A DNA stretch of 64,000 nt from an uncultured Planctomycetia bacterium (GTDB lineage: Bacteria > Omnitrophota > Gorgyraeia > Duberdicusellales > 4484-171): positions 77,020 to 141,019 of the forward strand of contig CAZAYU010000002.1 in assembly GCA_964489445.1 (NCBI GenBank). The letters are read 5' to 3'. Numbering within the stretch: position 1 is the stretch's first letter; each line of letters begins with the position of its first letter. The notes beneath the pieces were generated by a model, which was not told the origin of the DNA, did no database searches, and saw only the letters and a list, made by a program, of their open reading frames with translations. This document shows, in pieces, positions 1-12,000 of this stretch. A program made the translations under genes and the position numbers.

Positions 1-1
1 T

Positions 2-3000
2 AAAGATATAGAAAATGCTTTCACAGAGGATAATTCTTTAAAAAGAGTAAGTGTTATTCTCTCGACTCGGAAAAAACCAAGTAGTATTTTGTCACGGGTT
101 AACGGAAAAGAGGAAGAACATTTGCCTAGCTGGCAGGATAGGTTTTCTGCTCTCAAAGGGTTCTTGGAAAAAGAAGGTATCTCTCAGGATATTTGCATTG
201 CAGTTTCTTATGCTGTCTGTTCCAAGATTGTGGATTCTCGAAAATTAAAATATCGATTACGTTTTTTTCAAAAGTACGGATTCTTAACAGAAAAAGAATG
301 CCGTCTTTTGATTAAAAGAAAATACATTGATTGGGAAAGATTTTCTCAAAGGATAGCGGAAGAGTATAGAGTATTGATAAACTCTTCACAGAAGTTTACG
401 GAGAAACAAGTTAAACTTATTTTAAAAAGAGGGTTTTCTGAGCAAGCAGCATGTGATTTAAAAAATAAATATCGAAAGTATGGAATTACAAAGAGTGAGC
501 TTGTTCAGTCAATGTGTAATCAGGATCCGGAAAAATACTTAGGTAAATTAATCATGCCTCGCGCTAGAGCAGATGGGAATAGAATGATATTTCGAAGGCA
601 TCTGGAAGATGAAATAGGAGTATTTTTCCTTCCAGCGGAAAGAAACGAAATAATAGACGGATTATTAGAATTTATTACTGGGAGGAAATGGGAGCACAAT
701 GAAGTTTTCGTTCGTAAATTAAATAAATTAACCCAATGTAACACTATAACCTTAAAGCAGAAAAATATGCTACTGAATATTGGAAGATATGCTTCCGAAG
801 CGTTTACCAATCAATTTAAACCTAAAGATGTTGCTCAACGGATAAAACAAAATATGATTTTGTATTTGGATCCATCATTGCAGAATGGACTGGTTACTCC
901 CCGGCAAGCTTTATTTTTAGTAGTTAGGGGGTATTTATATCCGGAATTTAAAAGCATTATGAATGAATACTGCTTGACTAAAACTGAGTTGTTGGAGGTT
1001 ATTCATGGGTATAGCAATCCGGGAGAAATTTTGGAAAAACTAAGGCCACAAAGGATTAATTATTTGCATCGAAAAACAAAATTGCCTGAATATTTCATAA
1101 AAATAATATTGATTAAACGGGGCAGCAAGATTACAGATGGATATTTAGAGGATTTGCTTAAAGAAGCAAAATACCTAATTAAAACATACGCAATACCTGT
1201 ATACATTGCTTTGAATTGGTATATCCGAGGCAATAATGCACAAAGCTTTAAGCAAAGGGTAGTCGGTTTAAGCCGACAGGAAGGGCTTCCGATTAGGTTG
1301 ACTTATCACTTATTTTTTCAAAGGGAGCTAACACAGAAAGATATCAATCGAAATATTATTATGCTATCTGAATCCTGTGGGAGAATTCTTCAGGAGAAAA
1401 AGGTGGCATATCAAAAGATGCAGGAGTCGTTATCTGCTTTAGAAAAAGATATTTATCGGGATGTAAGTTTTGTTCAGGCCGTGATTATCCGAAAAAAAAT
1501 CGAACAATTAGTAAAAGCACGTCCGAATAATGAAATATTAAATGGCTTAAAAAAAGAATTTGGGGTTAAGTATCATATACTACAGGAATTAGTAGATTTA
1601 ATTTTTAATCAACTTAAAAATGATAATTTAAGTGAGGCGATTTATTCTGGGGCAAGAAATAAAGGAGTGTCTCTGGCGGTGTATAGAATAGTAGAAGCAA
1701 GAAAGGAAATAAAAAAAATTGCCAAGACTGCTAGCAAAGAAATAACTGATTTTCAAAATAATAATTTAATGTATTTATACCAAAAACGTAAAAAAGCCAG
1801 TGTGAGAGAAAATTCAGAATTGAAAAAATGTTTGTCTGAAAAGATTGTTCAAAGAATATCTGGGAAGCTTGGAGGAGTTTTAGAAGAAAGTGTAATTATA
1901 GAATTAGGAGAAAAGATTATTTCCGGATTTTTTAATACTAAAAATGGAAAAGTAAAAAATAAATTAGAGCGTTTTAGAGAAAATGGATCATTGACTTTGC
2001 AACAATGTGCGCTTGTTGAGTCACACAGGTGGCAGGTGTTTAGTCGGGAAAACTGGCTTGACCGATTATCGGATAATTTAGTATTTGATGTCTCTAGGCT
2101 TAAAAGAGAGTTTGATTTTTCTGATAGTTTGGTAATAAATATTATTCTTAAAGGATATTATTACTCTTGGATTTGCGAGTTATATAGGCAATACCCTCAT
2201 CTTAAAAAATCCTTTTTAGACAGAATGTTTCGTGCTGAATTTCCGGAAAAATATCTTTTATGTCATTGTGGGCCATTGGATAGAGAGGTTAAAGCTGCTC
2301 AAGTTTTTATGAAAGAGCTGACCAAAAGTACTGATTTTTCTCTACCGAAGCAGGTTGAGGAGCTGTTAAGTCAGGATTATACATATCGGCAGTTAGTAGT
2401 TTTGGTATTGAATGCCAGGGTTAACCATTCAGAGTCAAATATTAGTTTAGGTAAGCAAGCGGCTCGTTATTTTGTTCAAGCGCATCTTTCAATTGCTGAA
2501 GAAATTGCTAAGGAATATCGTTATCGGTATTGTAGCAGGCAATGTATTCAAGAGGGAACAACGGCTTTATACGAAGCCTTAAAAAGTTATACTCCGGATT
2601 ATCAAAGCGAAAACGGATTTCCGGAACATGCGCGTAAGTTTATAAAACAGCGATATGAACAAATATTAAAAATGACAAGGAAGGATTATCAAAACCAAAA
2701 TTACCATTCTGTGAGTATTGATGCGCCGGCATATGGTGATTCTAGCCGAATTACAAAGCAGGAGATATTGGGTGTTAATGACATAGCCTCTGGTTTTGGA
2801 AATAATCTTCATCAGCTTAATCCGGAAGATAACATTATTTTTTCTGAAAAAGCTCAAAATGGATCAATAAAGCAAAAAGAAGAAAGGGAAGACCTAAGGA
2901 AAAATATTTTTTCAGATGTTGCAAGAAAACTTTATCAGCAAAAAAATATTTCTTCTGCTTGGTTAGAAATTTTATTAAGTGAAATTAATCAATATTCCGG

Positions 3001-6000
3001 AGATTCGGAAGATCTTTCTCAGCAATTTAATGTCGACGTTGAGGAGGTCGAGAAATGCCTTAAAATTGGGTTAGCAAAAATAGGTGAGCATATTATTGCT
3101 CATCCAGAGTTGATTGCACATTTTTCTATTTCTGCTGTTTCAGAAGTTAAACAGAAAAAAGGAACTTTGCAGTATGAGGAAAAAAAGGGTTCTAGTTCAG
3201 CATTAAAGGTAGTTGAACATTTATGTTGCAATGAAGAATTTATTGAAATTACTAACTGTGCTTCTTATCGTCATTTACGTTCTCCGCCTAAAAAGATAGT
3301 TATCCCTGAATGCAGCTACAGTCTCGCCAGATTTTTTCGCTTGTCTTTTGGCAGGGCAAGCTCGCCAGTAAATCAAGACAAAAATATTGCTTTCAAATAT
3401 AATCAAAATAATCCGGAGTCTATCATCGCTGAAACTTTCCTTGCTCGAATGTACGGAAACATAAATCCTGATAGAAAGGCTAAGATACTCTGGCAGCTAT
3501 TATTAGGAGCGGGGATAATTCCTTTTTGGCAGACAGCAAAGATAATATCAAAAACTATTATTTTTATGGTTTGGGCTACTTTTTGTTTCAAGTGGAACCA
3601 AAAATACAGAGAGCAGTTTTTTAAGACAGTCAAGGAAGACCTTAGTTGCCGCTATAGTAAGACTGCGTATATCGGCAATCAGACGACCGCGTGTAGAGTA
3701 GATTTTAAAGAAAGAATACAGAATAGAAAAATTGTGGAAGAGTTTACTCAATGCATAAGAAAAATATTCTCCTCCGTTATATTTATCTGGTGTTTTACAA
3801 CATTTTCTTGTTTGATGAAATTTGTTGATACGCTTGATGGACGTGCTGTAATAGTGTATTGTTTTGGTCTTCCAGAAATGGTGTTGTTTTTTGTTATATT
3901 GCCTGCGGCTGCATATTTATTCCTGATTAATGTGATCTATAATATCGACGTAATAGTTAGAGATTTAGAAAAATCTTTAGCTATAGAAACATCTATTATT
4001 TCGAGAAAATCTTCTTCTAATTGCGATAACAGTTCTAGCTCGTCGATTGAACGTAGATATACATCAAGTTTAAGAGAAATTAGCCATATTGGTGAAATTA
4101 TCAGGGAGTTAATCCGAAAAGATCCCTTTGCGGCTTTTTCATTTAATAATGAAAAACTTTGGATGCAAATTGTTCCGGATAAGAGTAATTGTCTGCGGTA
4201 TGTAATTTATCCTGAGGTTGGAGAGGTGCGTAGGCTATTTTTTCTAAGGGCGTTAAACAAACCGGTCGGTGATCCCTTTGTCGCTCCTTCTGGATCGTTA
4301 GGCCAAATTATTTTTTTCCTGAATAATTCTATTGAAATAGAAAAATTAGCCAGTGGTATGTTTTTGGAGGTGCAATCAAACATATGGCTGCGGCGGATGA
4401 ATCCAGAAATGCGTAATCTCCTTTTGCGCTGGATTATTTCGGCAGTTCAGCATATTATTTCAGCCGCGCATAAAGAGGGAATTTACGATTTTTACGCTTC
4501 GACTCCAAAATTTATAAAGAGTATATATTTAAGAGACGGCATAAGACTGGACCAAGGAAATTTAAAGAAACACTATCAACGGCCGTTTAGGCGACAATGG
4601 CAGAAAAAGGATATAGAAGTTTTAGATAAATATGTTAACTATACAGATAGTAATATTGTTCCACTTTGGTACTACAACAGAGAAAGTCGTTTATTAAAAA
4701 GCAGTAGCTCAATAAGTATTATTTCTGGCAAAGAACCGGAACCAATATCGGCAGTAAAGATAAATACTAACCCATTGACATCTAGCCAACAGGTATACCT
4801 AGAGAATGCTGCTAAAGGAAGAAAAATTCCTAGTTATTACTTAAATGTTATTTTTGAAAAATTCCGCAAATTAGAATTGATTAGTTCAGAAAGAGAATCT
4901 TGGGATAGATGCAGGCCTATTGTTCGGCTAGAAGCATTAAGAGTAGCCATGGCGAACCATTGGATAAAGCCGGGTAATATTAGCTTTTTAGAAGAAGTTA
5001 TCCGAAACCCGTTATCTCCGAAACAGCAAGATATTTTAGAGTTAATTTTAGATTTAGAACTTGATGTTCGGAATTTTTCACGAACGTACCAGATATTAGC
5101 TGATAAATTTAAAATAACTGTAAATTCTGTGGCGAATAACCATGTCAGACAGATATACAAAAAATTAAAAGTTAATTCTGGTTTAATTAAATCTGGATGG
5201 GGCCTAGTTGAGGCAGCAAAAATAGCAGCAGAAAGTGGATATATAAAATATGATGTTTCTAAATATGAAAGATTTGTGCAGAAATATTCTAAAATAGAAT
5301 TAACTGTTGGAGAGAAAAAATGTTTGATAAAGCAGATTTTTGGTATCGATAGTGAATATGTAAGGTCGCGTGACGCAAAGTTGATGAATGCAATGAGTAG
5401 CTGTAACCGGAGAATACGCAACAAATTGGGCATTCGCAAGAAATGGAATCGAGGCGATAGCATGATGCCGGTAGCAGATTATGTTTTACGGCAAGATATG
5501 ATTTCTACTGAAGACATAGTTACAGTTGCCGTGAGCTTGCCGTACATTACCAAAATATTTAGTGTAGATTTCCTGAAAGTTTATTTTTCTAGAAAACATT
5601 CTGCCAGAGATATAAAGGAAGCTTTTAAAGTATTTTTACCCGGTAATGTCGAAAAAACGAAGAAAATTATTCTTTTTTATATTTGCAATGTAAAACAAAT
5701 TATATATCCACTAACGTCTGGATGTTTAGAAGCTTTAGAAGATGCCTTGAGAGTGAATTTACCGGCAACAGTAAAACAATTTGGGCCGACAGTGTTTTTT
5801 GGTTTATTCGGCGAGGGAGAAAAAGATCTCGGAGCATTGGTAAGAAAATTAATAAGTAAGCGCGTTCATGATTTTAATCCGGGAGATCTTTCTTGCAGGA
5901 AGGAAAAGCTTGCTAGAGTATCAATAAAAGAACCGGAAGAAGAACCAGAGGAAGAATTTAAAACCGCTAATTCCGCTAACGTTGAGGAAATCAAAATGTT

Positions 6001-9000
6001 AACTAAATTTTTTAGTCCAGAGGAATTTGACCCCAACCTTCTCTATAAGGTTGGCGAAAAAATATTAGGAAACGGTTTTCTTTTGCCTGTTTTGGAAGAG
6101 AAAATTGATTTTATAATGGGTTTGCTTTTAGATCGTAACCGAAGGCATGATTATGTTTATGCTTTTTTAATTTTAAAAAAGGCAATGGAGGACCATCCTC
6201 AAAGAACCGCAGAGTTGTTTATTCCGCATCTCTTTTCTAAACAGTTGCCAATTAATAATGACGGGCTACCGTTTATTGAAAAGTTATATAAAGAAAGAAA
6301 TGGCTGGTTTGATTATTTTATTCATAAGCTATGGCCATATTTATCACAACCGTTAAAAAATGATATAAGCCAATTACAGAATCACAAGTCTTTATCATCT
6401 ACGGGTGTTGATTATTGGGGCATGAGCAGCTCATCTATAAATTACAAAAATTATAACGATTATGTTTGCACAAACAAAGAAACTATTGTTGGTTCTTCAG
6501 CGATAAATAATCGGCCGGTTAAATCTTTTACCGAATTAAATAAAGAGGAAGTTTTTAAATTAGTACCTAAAGGGTCCCGGCGGCACACAAGGAATGTTAT
6601 TCGACTAGTTGGGCAAATAGGAAATGTAGTCGGTTTAGCTCAGAAAGAGTTATGTTGTCTAAAATATCTTGCTTGCGCACATGATATTGGCAAGGGAAAC
6701 AAAAATATTTCTCACCTTTTCTTATCTTCAGAAATTTGGGACAAAAATGCAAAAGAAAGAAGGCTAGCCAGAAAACATTCTCGGTATACAGTTGTTATAC
6801 TGGAAAAACATTTTGGCATTCAGCTTCCACATGGCGAACGGCAGATTATTTTTTGGCATAATCGTTTGAAGGCGATTAATTGGAAATGGGTATCTTCGCA
6901 GAATAAGTTATTTTGGTTGATTTTAATCATCGCTGATATTATTGATGGTAGCATTGATACTTCAAGAAAACATAAGGTTGGAAAAAATCTTAAATTTGAT
7001 CCGGCTATGACGCTAAAGCGAATAAGGATAGTGGTTGGTGATTTGCTATCTGCCGATGACAATGTTAAAAAAATATATAATGTAGTTGAACGTTTATGTT
7101 TCAATGAAGAATTTATCGAGACAGCCAACCGCGCTTCCTATCGTCATTTACGTTCTCCGCCTGAAGAAATAGCTATTCCCAAATGTGGTGATAGCGTTAG
7201 TAAATCTGTTTATTCGGGCTGGAAGAATGGAAAGGCTGTTTCTAGCTCTGCAGTGTTTAGAGGAGTAAATTATTCTGCCAGCAAGATAGATATTAAGGAA
7301 ATAAGTATACCTAATATCCGTAATCATCATTATCAAATAATACTTAAAAAAACTAATAATGGTAATTGGCCGGGAATATGCAAGGTTTGGGTTAATTCAA
7401 CCTCAGTAGGTGACCTTGAATATTGGGTGCGTGAAACTCTAGTAGTTCTTAGACGTTTTTATATTAAAAGGAAATATCGAGGGGAGGGTATAGGCCAAAC
7501 GGTTATGCATTTTATTGCTGATTTAGTGTGGGAGAAAAATATTCGTTTTAATACTAAGACATTACTGGGGATAAGCGCTGTTACTGATGCCGTTCTCGTG
7601 CGTACCTTCTGCAATGCTATTGAAAATATTGTTTACGGCTCATTAGACGATCCTAAATCGACAGACAAAGAAGATCTTTTATCTAAAGTAAATAGTGGAG
7701 GAGGATTAAATTTTAGAGGCGATCCGATTGGCTTAAGCGCTCTTTATCCTAAAGAAAAAGAATGGCCTATTTTTTTTGAAAGCGCATCTTCAGTTGTAAA
7801 TGCTGACTATTGTAGCTCTAGTTTGCCGGTTAGTATATCGGATGAATTAATCACAGAAATTAAAGTTTTACGCAGAAGGGATGAGCCAGGTTACTCTAAT
7901 TTTATGCAATTACTGGATAAGGCCAACAGTTATGATATTAAGGCTGCCATAGACAGGATTGAACCTTATTTAAGAAGTTATTTTATATTGTTATTATCTA
8001 AAAAAGATCCTGAAAAATTAATTTTAAAATCAATTTCTCCCATGGATATTCTCCCTCTTGAAAAGATTGCTGATATTTTATCGATAGATTCTAGCGCCTT
8101 CATGATAGCCCAGTCGGCAGATGAATACAAAAATAGTATTTCTTTATATATCCCGGGTGAAACTAAATTGGTTAAGATATTTATCAGGTCGCTTAGTATG
8201 TTGCCGATTACAATATCTCGGTTTGCAGACAATAGGGAGCCGCTACCGCCATATATTAATGAATTTTTAGGCCGGAAAGGCGTCAAGAGCTGCATAATAC
8301 ATGACGGCTATCGCACAAGAGTACAACTGTTTTATGGATTGACTTGGAGATTTTCTATAGATTATTTTGAACTTGATTCTTCTCTTTGGGGCAAAGGTAT
8401 CGGCGATATTTTGTATGTGAATCTTGAACGCTACGCAAAGGAATGCGGGTTTACTGTTATATCGGTTGAAGGAGGATGTCCGGTAGAGCCGAAAAGTGAG
8501 GTGTTTTTTGCTAGGCAGGGATTCTCAGAATCTTTTGCGATTAGAGATGAAGGCGGAAGAGAAAGCAATCCCCAAATGACATTTATTGTGTTTAAAAAAA
8601 TAATTTCTAGCGCATTTGCAGATAACTCTAGCTCTCCAATGGATAAAGAAGATTATAAGGATTTTGGTCAAAAACAAGGATCAAAAGAACAAGCCGCTAA
8701 TGAAAAAGAAGAAATTGAAAATGCTTTGAGAAAAACAAGAGTCAGGAATGAAGCTGCAAAGATTTTTGGTATCTCTCCTGCTCAATTTTACCGGAAAATT
8801 AAAAAACATGGCATTGATCTAAACACATTTTCGAAAAAAAAGGGACGGCTTTCTGATATTACAAAAGAAAAAATGGAGGAATTGATTATCAGACACAAAG
8901 GTTCTGTTGCCGCTATAGCTTATGAATTGAAGGTGTCTGGCACAGCGGTTTCTCTCTTATTAAAAAAATATGGACAAGCAGATTGGGCCAAGGAACAAAG

Positions 9001-12000
9001 AAAAAAATATGGCAAAATAATAAATAAAAAACGTTTTCAAATGATGATGTCTTCCTGGAAAAAGAATAGAAAAACTGCGGTAAGAGAAGTAACCAGAATT
9101 TGCTTTGGTGAAGAGAATATCAACGCGGATGATGAAATATTTTTTTGGGAAAAAGAAAATCGGATAAAAGTGACAAAAATATTGGATGCTGTAGTAAAGG
9201 ATATTATCGGAGAAGGGTTTCATGTGATACCCGAAATCAGGAGGAACAAATTTATTTTGGCTTGTGGCTTAAGAGAGTTATTGGTAAGCGCTAAAGCGGC
9301 TTCTTCCCGGGAACTATTAAAGGAAGCTGGATTGATTCCGGCTGGAAACTGTTTAGATGGCTTAGAAGTAAGTAGCTCTGCGTTGTTTAATTTTGGTTGG
9401 AGGTTGGCTTTACCGGTAAGTAGAGCGATTAATCATTATTCGCTTAAATGCTTTAGAGTAAAGCAGCCAAAAAGCAATTTAATAGTTATTGATGTGAAGA
9501 TAGGAAAGGAAAAAAAAGGATGCATAAAGTCATTAAGTAGCAAGCGTTTGATTTTGTCTGCCGGAGAAAGTTTGCCATTTAAGTCCTGTGAAATAATAGA
9601 TGTTAAAAGTATTGAATTTATCGAAAAAGATAGCCGGAAAAAATCCAGCTCTTCACTTAAAACAATAGGATTTGGTTCATCTGATTTATCGTTTGACAGG
9701 TGTCACAAAGAAGCACAAAGATTAATTAAGACTTTGCAATATAAAGGCATACCCTGGACAGATGCTTATATGCGGGTATTGCCGGAGGTAGAAAAGGTTA
9801 CGAAAAAATATCCGGATAAATGGTTTATATCAGCAATTAATTTGGGTATAGCAATTACAAAAGAAGGTCTTCTTCCTTGCCCAATATTATATTACGGTGT
9901 GGGGCTAGCAGTTATAAGCTCTAATGCAAGCTTTGACCAGTATAAACAAAATCTTAATTGTCTAAAATATTGGGCGGAAGAAATAAGCCGAATTGTTTGG
10001 AAAAATGTAAATGAGGAAGGTGAGAAATATAATTTTAGACAGATAAGCACAACAAAGAGTAAAAATATAATTTGGAGAAATACTGCTTATAGGAAAATAG
10101 ATGATTCGCTAAAAAGTATTGAAGTCAATGGAATAACCAGTTCAAGGCGTTTACGAACTGCGTTGGATGAGTCTTCTGGCTATTCAATAAATTGGCCTTC
10201 CAGTTGTCTAGTTACGTTTTGTAGTGATCAATCCGAGTATAAAAATTACATAATACGTTTTTTATCTAGATGTTTGGGTAATGGGCATTCGAAGAATGTA
10301 AATGTAAAGGAAAGATTGGAAGAGAATGTTTCAAGTTCATCGGTAGAGATAGTATTTAATTCACCAGATTGGGAGGCCATTAGGAATACAGAGCTTTTTT
10401 CTGTAGTTGTGCCTATTTCCGGTCGTACCGATGATTACAATATATTTTATCAAAAGACATATGATTGGCTATTATATTTTTTCCGATTATCTTTGTTTAA
10501 AGAGCAAATCGCAGATTTATTGTCATATACTTTGGCGGAGATATTTCACGATGCAGTAAGAAAAAATTTAGATTTGCGTGCAGCGTATTCACTTTCCGGA
10601 TTTTTTGTTTTGGATAATAGTACAGAATGCGCACCGGTATATTTAAATGCGGAATTTATTCAAAAAGCAAATAGTCAGACTGATTATCAATGGTTGCTTT
10701 CAACTCAGAAAGAATATGCAAAACAAGGTCCGGATTATTTATTAAGTGAAAAGATTCAAAAAAACAGACAAGATATTGATGATGATTTTAGGTATGGATT
10801 AGCGCAATTCGCTAGATTAATTTATGAGTTGCCTTGTTGTCTAAAGTATGCGGTAAGCTCTATAGCGCCTTTTAAAACTACAGTAGAATTTACTGTCAAA
10901 ATTATGAATTTACCTGATTTTGTAGAAAAAGATGTTCCAATTTGTACATTGAAAAAAGAAAAATTGCAAAAAGCAAAAGTGTTACTTACGAGCGAATTAT
11001 CAAAATGGAAGAATCAGTTAGACCTAACTTTAGCGTTTAGCGGGCAAGAAAATCGTGAGCATATTTTTTTCCGTAAAGGTTTAATGCAGTTATCAATGAA
11101 AAATCTTATTAGTTTACGGACATTTGAAGAAATTAGAGAGGTATTATTAAGTGCGCATAAGATTATTTTTAAAATACATGAAAATATCATAACTTTACCA
11201 TCTTTATCAGGAAAAGAAAAACTTAAAATTTCTTCAGGACGATTAGCAAATATAAACTTTAACTGTGCATTTTTAAAGCAATGGCTTGGAGAACTTTTTA
11301 AGGAAATAGAGGTTATTGAAAATATTGGTCATCATTCAAACGGAAAAGCTAAAGTAAGAACACTTTTGCCTAAAAAAGTCAGTTCTTCAATTATGAAAGC
11401 AGAGAAAGAAGCTATTACCTCACTGGCGGTTATTTCTTGTTTGACTAGAGGAGAAGAAGAATTATCTTTGTTGGATACCTCCTTTTATTTCCCGCAGTAC
11501 CTGCGAAAAAAAACAAGCGAATTTGTCTATGGTTCAAATAATCCGGTTTCTTCTTCGGCGGTTAAAAGTAATGAATATTTATTTGGCCTCAAAATCATCA
11601 GCATGAAAATTATTTACTCAGAGAACCCGGAAAGTGTTTTAGAACAAATTCTACAGCTTAGCATGCGTTTTGCGGTTGAAGACGGAGAAATGCTGATGAC
11701 AAAAGAGTATATAAAAGATGAGATCGAAAATGATTCCAAAGATTTCAATTTAGCCTTTGTTGATGCCGCCGGAGTAATTATTGGATATCTTTTGACTCAA
11801 GAATCTCCGCGTCATCCCAATGCCTTGTGGTTTACTTTTATGGGAGTAGAGAAGGAACGCAGGAATAAAGGTTTTGCAAAGATGATGATGAAAATCGCCG
11901 CCTTGAAGGCTGTAGAATATAATATAGAAAGGATAAAATTAGGAGTAAGAAAAGAGAATAAAATAGCTATCGCTATGTATGAAAGATGCGGGTTTCAAAG

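Noticed and set aside
89-91. TTG start for the giant ORF given in the track
   Set aside because: The frame is open back to nt 2 and there is no RBS, so the real start probably lies upstream of the window.
3209-7186. The 105-bp repeat pair as a DGR template/variable repeat
   Set aside because: Mismatches are not restricted to adenines (many are C/T and synonymous), both copies are in-frame coding, and no reverse transcriptase is present.
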